DNA from: Octopus bimaculoides
Lineage: Eukaryota
Assembly: GCF_001194135.2 (NCBI RefSeq)
Contig: NC_068982.1
Coordinates: 51,206,079-51,270,078 of the forward strand
Direction: 5' to 3'
Length of the DNA stretch: 64,000 nucleotides
Each line of letters opens with the position of its first letter. Positions within the stretch are counted from its first letter, which is position 1. The position numbers and the translations under genes were made by a program. Below the pieces are notes generated by a model. It did not search any database, was not told the DNA's origin, and was given only the letters and a program-made list of their open reading frames with translations. Below are positions 41,598 through 53,619 of this stretch, in pieces.

Positions 41598-41604
<7 letters not shown>

Positions 41605-42004
41605 GTATATTATGTGGATGATATTTTCAATCAAGACGGTATAACTGTATCAGATTCTTCAAGTGCGTCAACTCTGTGTATGTACATTTATTTACTAGAT
41701 TGCTGACATTTAGCAATAGTTTCTTCCATTGTGTTAACGTGCCGTTTTCTATCATTAATAAAACTGTTGATGTCTTTGACAATATAGGTATGCTAGCAAA
41801 TGTATATTATACATACTTTTGGTGTATAGAATACTACCAGATTTTGACATTAAGTTTTTGAATGAAAATTATTTCTTATACACTAAAAAATGCAGTGTGT
41901 GCACATGTACACACACACACACACACACACAATATATATATATATACATACATCCATATATACATACATACGTACGTACATGCATGCATATATATATATA
42001 TATA

Positions 42005-43372
42005 TCATCATCATCATCATTTAACATCCGTTTTAACAATGCTGACATGGGTTGGATGGTTCGACTGGTGTCTGGGAAGCCAGGAGGCTGTACCAGGTTC
42101 CAATCTGATCTGCCAGTGTTTCTACAGCTGGTTGCCCTTCCTAACGTCAACCACTCTGAGAGTGTAGTGGGTGCTTTTTATGTGCCACCAACACAGGGAG
42201 CTAGACAGGCAGTGCTGGCATCAGCCACAGCTACAATTTCCATTTGATTGTGGTTTGATTTGATTTTGATGTTAATGATGATGTACTTGACTCAATAGGT
42301 CTCTTCAAGCATGGCATGATGCCCTACGATCCAAAGGTACTTTTTGAATGGGCTGGTTATGCAACACTGGTGTAGGCTACAGTTGTGATCTCACTTTATT
42401 TTCTAAGTCTTCTCAGTCACAACATATCTCCAGAGGTCTCGGTCTTTTGTCATTGCCTCACCACTTCATCCCATGTCTTCCTGGGTCTCCCTCCACCACG
42501 GGTTCTTTCCACTGGTTGGGAGTAGCACTTCTTCACACAGCTCTCCTCATCCATCCATGGTACATGACCATACCAGTGCAGACATCTCTCTTGCACACCA
42601 CATCTGATGCCTCTTATGTCCAACATTTCTCTCAGGGTGCTTACACTTTGTCGTGTGTGCACACTGACATTATACATCCAGCAGATCATGCTAGCTTCAT
42701 TTCTTTCAAGCCTACACATTTCTTCAGCAGTCACGGCCCATGTTTCACTGCCATGAAGCATGACAGTTCGCACATATGCATCGTACAATCTACCTTTCAC
42801 TCTGAACAAGAGGCCCTTTGTCACCAGTAGGGGTAGAAGCTGTCTGAACTAAGCCCAGGCTATTCTGATTTTAGCAGTAACACTCTCTGAGCATCCACCC
42901 CACTACAGACTTGGTTGCCTAGGTAGCAAAAGCTATCAACTACTTCTAGTTTCCCCCCACTGGCATGTGATGGGACCTGTTTTCTGAGCATCTGTGGTGT
43001 TTACTGCCCCTGTGCATCTGCTGCACACGAAAGCTATCTTTCCGTTTAATCTTCCTTTGATGTTGCTGCACCTCTTATGCATCCATAGCTTACATTGGAT
43101 ATATCTTATGAAGTTTCTACCTACACCTTTTCTACAGATCAAGCAGGGCCACCTACCTGAAGGGTTGTGTGATGTGTTCGCCTTCCTACTTACTAGGACT
43201 TTGGTCTTTGCAACATTGACTCTAAGGCCCTTCGATTCTAAACCTTGCTTCCACACCTGAAATTTCTTCTCTAGTTCTGGTAGTGATTCTGATATGAGGG
43301 CCAGGTCATCAGCATAGAGGAGCTTCAAGGGGCAACCTGTCTTGAATTTCTCTGTTATTGCCTGGAGGATTA
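42005..43372 (-). mobile_element. RTE-clade LINE, 5'-truncated (RT C-terminal half, PHD-like finger, 3' UTR, (GAT)n tail)
   Basis: GCPLKLLYADDLAL, KGLRVNVAKTKVL, FCYLG, RTVMLHGSETW, LHWYGHV, GRPRKTW; (CAT)n at 42005-42020. Confidence 0.93.
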
Positions 43373-43504
43373 TGATATATATATTAAATACACAAAGCAT
43401 ATACATTAGTAAGTTTATTCAATAATATTTATTACACTAGAGCTGCTTTTACTTCATATATATGTAACATTTATGACTGGATACAGGCTTTATTTCATAT
43501 ACAC

Positions 43505-43615
43505 ATGAATTTTGAGTTCATCCACTATATATCAATTGGGTAAATGTCTTCCATTACAGCCTCAGACTAACCAATGCCTTATGAGTGGAATTTTGACAGA
43601 AACTCTATGAAAGTC
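43505..43615 (+). mobile_element. Degenerate tRNA-derived SINE
   Basis: ttgggtaaatgtcttccattacagcctcagactaaccaatgccttatgagtgga, homologous to the 52981 core. Confidence 0.6.
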
Positions 43616-46600
43616 ATTCATAAGAGTGTGTGTGTGTACATGAATGTTTAAATTCTTTGTCTCAGGATGAAATCATATGAGCAAAATTATGATGCTATGT
43701 TTTAGATTCTTGTAAACAATGCATCCAGAATCTCTGCATGTTTAAAGAATAGTGGAGTAAAATATTACTTACTTGAAAAGACTTGCTGGATAAGACTTGC
43801 AGCAGGAAAGGTATCCAGCTATAAAGATAATTACCTGATCCATTGCCAGCACAAAGAATGCTATTAGTTACAGCAGCTACCTTGCATGAAAGAAATACTT
43901 AACCCTAAAAGTAAGCTGTCTCTTGAACACTTGAAAATAAATCTGTTTTGAATAGATGTATGTTGTAACTTTCAAAATCCATAAAGTACTTTTTGAGCTA
44001 TTTGGACCAAAAACCATCTCAGATTGTTTAAAAAAGCAGTCTTGTTGTCGTAAGCCTGGTCTAGAGATGCTCTTGGTCTTCTCAATTATTAATGTAATAT
44101 TCTGCATACTTGGTCACTTTTCTGATTCGTTGATACTGAATTTGAACTTGCATGTCTCCTTTGGTTTTAGTTGGGCAATACACTTCTCTCATTTATGTAA
44201 ACACACAGGCCTCTTCCTAAGTACTTACTGGAAACTGTTCTTATATCTGTATGATCATATTTATTAGTCATCTTATGTTCTTTAGCAGTATATTTTGAAG
44301 TATGACATTGTAAAATATATCTTAAAGCTTCTTTCTTCTTAAATCATTTACATTGCATATGTTTTATTCTAATTTTCATTTTGTTCATAGTTGAGTGGTA
44401 ATATGGTTTCAGTTAAATTTAAGCCAAGCATGCCATATTTATAACTGTGTTATCTATATTCTCAAATATCATAGTTTATTTTAGATATGGTTTAATAGTA
44501 TCACCCGAAAGATTATATGTGTAAACTTGTGTTCTGTCTAATAAAACAATTTTGGTATTAGGCTTCATTTGTGATATGTTTATCTTGTTTCTTAGCAATG
44601 TGTTTGCCAAAATCAACATTTACAAAGTTATCTTTAGTCTGATTTCAACTCTGTGTTAATGTCTCCATAGATTCATCAAAACAATTTTAATTTGCAAACT
44701 GGAATTGGTAATCAAAATCTAGTCAACATTTCAATGCTTAATTTGTGGAAAAAATCTAAATCTTATTTAGGCCTAAAAATCCAATTTTATGCCTCTCTAA
44801 TGAAAAAAAGATTACAAATAAATTTTCTTATATTTCTGCTCAAAGTATATTTCTGTTGCATACTTATACTTTGGTTCATGAAAAAAATTCTGAAACCTCA
44901 TGCAAATCAACTGTTTGTCTATAAACCTTAACAAAACAAACTGCTGTTTTCTGATTTGAATTCTATTACTTTTCACTTATGAAGTTGAGTCTCATAATTT
45001 TTTTTTTAAGAATCTTGCTTATTCACCAAAAAATGCTTTAAAATGCAAGATGTTATAATTATATGGGGATTTTTATTTTACTTAGAATCCTTTGAATTCA
45101 ATATCATTAAATAGTATACTTATTTTAAAATATTGTTCTTGTTATTTTAATACATTCAGAAAAGCTTATTTTACAATCTAATTTAGAACTCAGTAACAGT
45201 AGTCTCTCTTCGTGGCAAGGTGACTATAAACATTGGTCTATTTTAGTGGCAAGATAACTATAAAATACCCTTTGTTACAGTACAAAAAAAATCATTGATA
45301 ATTTCTTAATTCAGGTCCTTTCATTAATTCAGTATTTAAAAATTCAATTAATGCTTTAAAATTGCAAATGTAAAAAGATTATGATAATTTTCATAAAATT
45401 TTTCCTATTTTTTTCTTTTGGATAAAACTAATATTAATCCCTTTACATTTAAAAATAATTTATACACTAAAGGAAGTTATTGTGAATATTAATACTATTA
45501 CTTATTAACTTCATGATTTTTATTATTCTCTTTACGCTTTACCCAGATTCTAAAATTTAGTGAGATAACAAATAATTAATATAGAAAAATAATCGCTTAT
45601 AAAATTAGACTAACACAAACAAAACTCTGTAACTCCCCCTTTTTCTTATTAACAGGTAATCAAATTTCTACAGGATGACCAGCTGTTGCCTTGCCACAGG
45701 TATGAATCTTAGTACTAGAGATAAGTGTATAGTAACAACTAAGATGAATTCTAAGTTGACCCTGGTGTAGCTCAAATATGAAATGTTAGGAGTACGTTCA
45801 ATACATTACATCTGCTGTTCTTTGAGATTAATATAAACATATATAGACTGGGAAGATGTTTACACAGTTAAAAAATACTAATTGAAATGAAATATGTAAC
45901 AACCGAATTTCTTGTAAGAATATGTTCAATATTAATTTAAAGTATTTTATAAAACAGAAATTATGATTTTTCTTTTTTCTATTACAAGAATAAGTCATAG
46001 ATTATTTTAATATTTGCATATGACTCTGAAATCTTGGCATCTTACACATTCATTATCCAATTCAAATTTGCTTTTGCTTTTAGTTTTATTTATTTTTAGT
46101 TTTGCTCACTTTTATTGCAATATTAATGACAGGACATTTTATTTTATATCTAGTTTATTGTTGGATGTTTTATGTCTTTATCTGACTGTTTCCATCACTT
46201 GACTTATAATTTTTAAACCATTCCAGTTTTGTCACATCAGAATTCATTTCTCATTTAAATAATTGCATGTGTAACTATTTTAAATAGAAAACAGGCACTT
46301 TTAGCAATTATTACTTAGATTTTTAAAGTTGGACATTGTTCTACAAATTTCTCCATACTTCTGAACACTAAACTGAAATACTTAGAATATCTTGATATAA
46401 CAGATCATTGAGTTTTGAGAGATAACAACATATGTTATCCAAAATATGTTCATTACATGCAATTTGCAATTTTAATTACATGCAAAAAAATCTAAAATTC
46501 AGTTACTTGCATAATCTAATCATCAGTTATTAATAGCTACATCCAATTTCAGTTAAAAATAAATTATAAAAAAACATTGTTTTACAAAACATTTTCATCA

Positions 46601-48968
46601 CATTCGTTTTTGTCATCATTTTACAGTCATTTCTCCATGCAGGCATAGATTCAATGTTTTTGTGTGTGCACACATACACACAAAGCAACTCTTATGTCTT
46701 ACTGTGTGAACTTAATGTATTTCATTGTACCACCAGAACTAGAGAAATTGTCCCATATGGGGGAAATAAAGAGTTTCTTCTAGTCTATCAGCTCCTATTC
46801 AGAGTTACTACCTGCCTAGATATGCAACCTGCAATATGACTTCCAGAATTCATATTGTGCTCATATATTCCACTTTGGCATAGTTTCTACAACAGAGAAC
46901 TTCTCTCACCAACCACTTTGTGCAGTGCTTTGGGTGCATTTTATTATTATGTAGGCACTAAAGTTATCATCCTTGTATGAGTTCTATTTGGAGTTATTGC
47001 TCTCCTTGATAGGTATCCTACAATACCACTTATGTCAACATCTTGCTTCTATGTTCCATTTTTCAGGTATAGTTTCTACAACTGGATGCCCTTCATATTA
47101 CTAATCACTTTACAATGTGTTAGGTATTTTATTGTGCCACTGACACTAGAAAGATTCTCCCATGAAGGAGGACTAAAACACACTCTTTCTCCTACATCAG
47201 TTCTTATTTGGAGTTGTTATTCAACTATTATCTTCTTAAACAAGTAGCCCGTGATGCAACTTGAAATGCCTTGTGTGTGTGCGTGTGTGCACGTGTGCAT
47301 GCGTGTGTGTGTGTGTGTGTGCATGTGAGTGTGTGTAAGCATGATGTAAACAGTTCAACTCAGTTCTACTGCCACATTACTTAAATTTTTGGTGTAATTT
47401 TCATCATCATTATCATACATCAGCTCTTCTATGCTGGCATGGGTTTGACAGCATCGAACATCTCACCACTGGTCTTTTGCCACACCATTTACCACAGTTC
47501 TTCAACCAGTAGCACATTCTACTAAGGAAAAGTCAACCAACTCTTTTGTTGTGTATGTTGTTTTTATAGGTTCCTTGTAGGATTATATGGCTGGATTGTG
47601 TTTCTATCACCAACTACATTACAGCATGGACTGGATACATTTTGGAGATGAAACCACATGCAAAAGATCTAAAGAGCTCCCTCTCCCTTACATTGTCTGC
47701 ATTTTTACCTTCCTTTCTTGTGTGGATTGGAGGGAGAGTTTAGCAAATAAGTGGTCAATATCAATAAACATAGAAGGTGGGGAGTTTAGGCAATCAGGAT
47801 CAGTGGAGTTCCATTGACCAATAAGTGCTTTTGTCATTGGCGGCAAAACGATTCATATTTAATATTAAATTGTCCTTCTTAGAAACAATATTATTTAAGA
47901 TTATCAGAATTCATATATAATTCATAAAAAAGATTTATTCACTTTATAACTGTCTACACACAAAGAGTTTCTTGTCTTTGATTTTGTATGTTTAAAAGAG
48001 AAATGGCCAACATAAATGACATGTTGGCCATATTTTAAATTAAATCAAATTTAAAGTTGGGTCATATTTGAAACTAAATTGTTCTTCTTGAAACATAATT
48101 TTAAAAAAAAAATAGGGAATAGTACATAGTCAATAATAAATGAATAAATATGGAATCTTAGTTTTATTGCATCAGAGGTATCCTCTGAAGTATACCCCTG
48201 CTAGTATCAGAGGTAACTGCTGAAGCTTTCTCAGCTTATGTGTTTCAATGAAAAAGGACCTGCATTATATGTAGAAAAGTAGAGTAACTGTAAATGTTCT
48301 TTCTGTTTACCAATACCAAATTTTGTATATGAAGTGCTTTTATTCTTTCGCTTAAATTGTCTACAAAAGTTATACTGATAAAGAAATTGTCTCAAATTTA
48401 ATATTGTTTGTAAATGTACAAGGATTATTATATGCTATTTTATGATGTTCACACTAAATATGTTTAGAAAAATTGTATTAAAAACTTTTTTTTTTAAATT
48501 GCTAATGAATATGAAGAGAAAGATACAAGGAAAATTGAATGAAAGGTCTTTCATCCTAAATTGTGAAGACAATAAACATCTTTAACTTCTTCACTCGTGT
48601 AAACTGAGTGAAAGCTATAAGACTAAAGACACTTGCACAATTACACCTACATGCACAAATGAGTGTATACAAAACTATTGCTTATATCATGATGCAAGGT
48701 AATTTTAAAGCAATTAAATGAGTAGTGTCTTTCAGGCTTTTCTAAAATCATTAGCAACACTTGAAATTAAAACTGGGTTAGGTCTTATCTTACCAAGGAC
48801 TGCCTGGCCTGCAGTATATGTACATGCATAAAAGCATGCATACATTATGTCATATTATCAAATGTACTTTTTTACAGTGATATAACATAACAAAAAATTG
48901 TTATCAGTGACTTGAAAATTGTCTAATACTGCTACATCTACATTGTACATATTATTCTACATTTATAG

Positions 48969-49058
48969 GGACCGCCAGGCTTGAAGGGAGAACCAGGTGA
49001 ACAAGGATTAAGAGGAATAGCTGGACCAATTGGACCTCCTGGCTTACCTGGACCCCCT
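48969..49058 (+). CDS. Collagen exon, 90 bp, GPPGLKGEPGEQGLRGIAGPIGPPGLPGPP
   Basis: ctacatttatag|GGACCG...CCCCCT|gtaagt; 10 triplets. Confidence 0.96.
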
Positions 49059-50402
49059 GTAAGTAAAATCATTATTAGACTTGCATATCTTTTTTTTTTA
49101 TTATCATTATTGCAGAAGGCAGTAAATTTTGAGAGAGAAAGATTATAATTTATTATTAAACTGATGCCAATACATTATTGGTACTTTATAAAGCCCAGGA
49201 ATAAGGGAATTAATCAACTCTAGGATTTAATCTCAGAATATAAAAGGATGTAGAATTGCTAGTCAAAATATTTTGTCTGGTATGCTGATTTCTGCCAATT
49301 TAAACAAGTTTTATATGCTCAACAAAAACAGAATGTGTCCTTTCTTTGAACATTTATGTGTGTGTGAGAGGAGAGGGAGTGCATTTGGTATAGTGTGATA
49401 CATGATCAGTTTCTACTCTTGATTGCATTTCCCCTGTAAAGAATGTATGAAAAAGAATTATGTATTATTTTGTTATTAAACTTAAATCTTGAAAGATTTA
49501 AATTAAAATATTACAAACAAATAATGTTTCTCTCTCTGTTAATAAGTTTTCTATTTACATCTTAAAGCTTGCATTAGGCAGTGTTGAGGTTTGTTCTTTT
49601 ACCTACTATTTGAGTAATGCTTCTTTCTGTCTCAGATATATATATATTGTAAATAATTATATATTGTTTACTGATTATGTATGTATTTTGATTTTATTTA
49701 TTTTATTGCATGATTTATTTTAGAAATGAAATTTGTTGTAATGGTTTCGTCTGATATCCTATATTTTACCTGACAGAATTTACTATACCAATGTTTGTTT
49801 TAGCTGATTGAACTTAATATTGTCATCGTTGATTTTTAATTCTGAATTATCCATTTTGTAAATAAAATTATATTTCTTTTAAACTTGATCAATTTATCAG
49901 TGTTCTCTCTAATGTAGTAGTCAGACATTTTTTCTTTTTTCTTTTTTACAGTTGAATCATGCCAGAACGACAACTGTGAAGGTAGGAGTTGAGGGATAAA
50001 TTTGGGGAAATGCAAATACAATTTTAAAAGAAAATGAATTATCAAAAGCTATTTTCAAAATCAGAAGACACTAAGACAGCTTCATAATTTCAATGACTAA
50101 TACTCATTCCTAAGTTATGCGTATGTCAGACAATATGAAGTAAAAATTATAACAGACTCATCTATTTGGCTCAGAGCTATGTATATATATGAGTGTATCT
50201 ATCTGTCTATCTATCTATCTATCAATCTATATATGTATGCATATATATGTGTGTGTGTATATGTATCTATATATTTATATGTATATGTATCTATATATGT
50301 ATATATATATATATATATATGTATGTCTATATATTTGTATATTGTATATATGTATGTATATATATACTTGTATATTGTATATATGTATGTATATCATAAA
50401 TG

Positions 50403-50459
<57 letters not shown>

Positions 50460-50515
50460 GGAAGAATAAATAGAATCAAAAGGAAGAGGGAGTACGATTT
50501 GACAGCTGTTTAATG

Positions 50516-50624
50516 ACCACTAGACATGTTTCAATACAACATAGATCCACATATAATATACAAGAATTAAATTAAGTAATGGTTTACCTGTATAATGGGA
50601 CCTAGTTGTATCTCCTCAGGTGAT
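50516..50624 (-). ncRNA. Hammerhead motif in the left foldback arm (probably impaired: CUA triplet)
   Basis: Minus strand ATCAC-CTGAGGA-GATACAAC...GTTGTATT-GAAAC-ATGT-CTA^GTGGT. Confidence 0.65.
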
Positions 50625-50742
50625 ATATAATCGTTGTCTCCATAAATAAATGTTTGATTTCGGTGCTATCACATCCAACTGGCTCCAGTTCAGTGTGATA
50701 GCATCAAAATCAAACATTTATTTACAGAGACAGCAATTATAT

Positions 50743-50854
50743 ATCACCTGAGGAGATACAACTAGGTCTTATTATACAGATAAACCGTTACTTAATTTAA
50801 ATTTAAATCCTGTATATATGTGGATCTATGTTATATCGAAACATGTGTAGTGGT
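50743..50854 (+). ncRNA. Minimal type I hammerhead ribozyme motif in the right foldback arm
   Basis: ATCAC-CTGAGGA-GATACAAC(TAGGTC)...(GATCTA-T)GTTATATC-GAAAC-ATGT-GTA^GTGGT; stem I 5 bp; stem II about 14 bp with one mismatch and one bulge. Confidence 0.8.
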
Positions 50855-51260
50855 CATTAAGCAGCTGTCGAATCATATCCATCGAATCATACTCCATCTT
50901 CCTTCCAATACACAAGGAATGCCTAAGCCTAGAATTGGTAATATACCATAATACTGCTAGCTATCTGGTAATTCTAAGGGTAAATGAGCTCTATTTTGTA
51001 CTCTAATACGTTCTTATATATATATATACACACACACATACATATATACACACACACATACATATATGCATGTGTTTATGTATATATGTATAGATATATA
51101 TATGTGTGTGTATGTATATAAAATATAATTAAGATTTGGTTGAATTAAGTACTTAAATTGAGGCACCTTGTTAAGGCAATCTAATTTTTACACCTAAACA
51201 ATATCAGATGAATATCAAACAGTGCTTTTCTCACAGTAAAACAATAGTTTTTCTGTGAAT

Positions 51261-51400
51261 GACAACCTCTCTCACCAACCTCCAAAAACCTCTCTCGACA
51301 ACCTCTCTAGACAACCTCCGACAACCTCTCTCACCAACCTCCGACAATCTTTTTCACCACCCTCCGGAAACCTCTCTCGCCAACCTCAAACAATCTCTCC
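51261..51400. repeat. Degenerate minisatellite, unit approximately GACAACCTCTCTCACCAACCTCC
   Basis: About 6 imperfect copies of a 21-23 bp unit. Confidence 0.8.
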
Positions 51401-51793
51401 CTTCTCCAGCTGACAGTTTTTGTCCTTTTTCGTGATGGAGAATACACCTTTTGTGGCAGTTATAACGAAATTGCTTTCTTATATCAGAGTAATAAGGCAT
51501 TTCAATAGAACATCTTTACCCACCAGAATTACTATGTATTAATGAGGTTTATTAGTATTGACATAATAAGCTATCTTTTATAAAACAAATATGTTTTCCT
51601 AAACTTATTGGTACAATTCATATTAAAATTAGAGGTTAAATTCAACAATTTAAGTCTAGATGTAAGTATCAAAAATAGTTCATCCTAGACATAAATTGCA
51701 CCTATTACTACCAAAGGAGTAAGGTTTTGCATATCCAATCATCGACCATTTAATTTCATAATCAATGTTCTTTTCCTTCAATCCCCATATATA

Positions 51794-51798
<5 letters not shown>

Positions 51799-51832
<34 letters not shown>
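51799..51832. repeat. (GT)n microsatellite
   Basis: Direct reading. Confidence 0.95.
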
Positions 51833-51840
<8 letters not shown>

Positions 51841-52103
51841 GGTTATGAGTGGTAGTGGTGTCAATGAGACCCAGAGGTGTCAGGTAATGCTGAGTAAGTG
51901 CTATGGATAGACCATAGTTAAGCTCCAGGTTCAGTGATTTTATTCATAAGGTATTGGAATCTCATATGTATACCATTCTGCCTAAATAATGGATTTACAA
52001 ATACAATATCCCTGCATATCTCATATCTATTTTCATTCCTCTACTTCACTCTCTATTTCGTATCATATCTAAATTAACTATTGCTTAACCATCTTCTCAC
52101 ACC

Positions 52104-52151
52104 GTCTCCGATGAAGGGATATAATAAATATCCTGGAAACAGCTGTAAGAC
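52104..52151 (+). ncRNA. Minimal type I hammerhead motif, CCGAUGA core variant
   Basis: GTCT-CCGATGA-AGGGATAT-aataa-ATATCCTG-GAAAC-AGCT-GTA^AGAC; stem I G-C pair replaces the A-U pair of the 40903 copy. Confidence 0.7.
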
Positions 52152-52980
52152 CTTCTATTTATAAATGTTCTAAAATCTACACAGCCTTGGTTTTTTTGTC
52201 TAATTATGAAAAGTAAANNNNNNNNNNNNNNNNNNNNNNNNTATATATATATATATATATATATTGTGCTGTATTGAGATGCGAGTAGGATTTATGTTGT
52301 GGATGGATAGCATGGGGCCCAAGTCTTGGGTATCTTTTAAAGGTGATGCAAACATCATTTGGGCAACGCTGATGGGATATTTTCTACATCATGCAGATGG
52401 TGTAGTGCTCACAGCGATGTTGGTGAGAATAAAGTTTGAGCTTTTCTAGTCAACCCCAATAGTCAAGGCCTGTCATACCATCTACCTTTTTTTGTAATTG
52501 ACCTTTGAGGTGCTTCAACTTTCAAGATACTTTATTTCATATATATGTATATATATGGACACCACTCAGGCTCTAGAAATAAACCCATTATGAAACTTCC
52601 TAGAGGAATGTGATGGCACGGATTGGAAAACAGAATATTTTCCAATCAAAGTTCAATGTAGAGGATTCGTTGGACTCTGTGTGAGGTGACTGTTGTTGTC
52701 TCTAGGCCTAACTTATCATAAAGCAAATACCACTGTGAGTGATATCCAGACTACAGTGTAGAAGGTAATGGCTAGAAGAATACTCAGTAAAGCCTAATAA
52801 CCAGTTGATCTAGCAGGTAGGGCTTCATTTCAGTGTGCAATGATGCCATCGAAAAGAAAGCCCTGAAACTGCATGCATACTCTCCTGATGACCCCATAAA
52901 CTTGTTAGCATCCAGTATGAAGAGCTTTCAACTAGTAGTACTTGCATCTGTAAGTTGTTTGCAAGAAATAAATAAATATA

Positions 52981-53345
52981 GGTGTGGCTGTGTGATAAGT
53001 AGCATGCTTACCAACCACATGGTTCCGGGTTCAGTCCCACTGTGTGGCACCTTGGCCAAGTGTCTTCTACTATAGCCTCAGGTTGACCAAAGCCTTGTGA
53101 GTGGATTTGGTAGACGGAAACTGAAAGAAGCCCATCGTTTGTATGTTTGTGTGTCTGCATTTGTTCCCCACCATCGCTTGACAACTGATGTTGGTGTGTT
53201 TACGTCCCTGTAACCTAGCCGTTTGACAAAAGAGACCCATAGAATAAGTACTAGGCTTACAAAGAATAAGTCCTGGGATTTATTTGTTCAACTAAAGGCG
53301 GTACTCCAGCATGGCCACAGTCAAATGACTGAAACAAATAAAAGA
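52981..53345 (+). mobile_element. Near-complete tRNA-derived SINE
   Basis: Head GGTGTGGCTGTGTGATAAG...GGTTCAGTCCCACTG (A/B-box-like), core ccttggccaagtgtcttctactatagcctc, 3' part ending gactgaaacaaataaaag. Confidence 0.85.
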
Positions 53346-53350
53346 ATGTG

Positions 53351-53388
<38 letters not shown>

Positions 53389-53577
53389 GAATGCTCAACA
53401 CCACATTGTTGTATACATACACACATACATACACACACACACACACACACTCATATATATTTATATATATATATATATATAAGAAATAAGAATAAAATAT
53501 ATAATATATAATATATAACAAAAAATAGAATAAGCTATTTAAATGACATAAACATAATATGTTTTTTGTTTCTTCAG

Positions 53578-53619
53578 GGTGAGGCTGGTGTTATTGAAGG
53601 TGGTGGCAGCGGTGAAGGG
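53578..53619 (+). CDS. Collagen exon, 42 bp, GEAGVIEGGGSGEG (end of a helical segment and start of an interruption)
   Basis: tttgtttcttcag|GGTGAG...GAAGGG|gtaagt; phase 0/0. Confidence 0.9.

Larger units (their letters stand above)
50480..50904. repeat. Long inverted repeat (foldback), arms of ~200 bp with a 2-nt centre
   Basis: Left arm 50480-50682 is the reverse complement of right arm 50685-50904 with scattered mismatches and one small duplication; centre AACTGG-ct-CCAGTT. Confidence 0.95.

Noticed and set aside
45656-45699. Exon-like segment with good acceptors and a CAG|gtatga donor
   Set aside because: None of the three candidate acceptors gives a length divisible by 3, and the phase-0 frame at the donor contains TGA.
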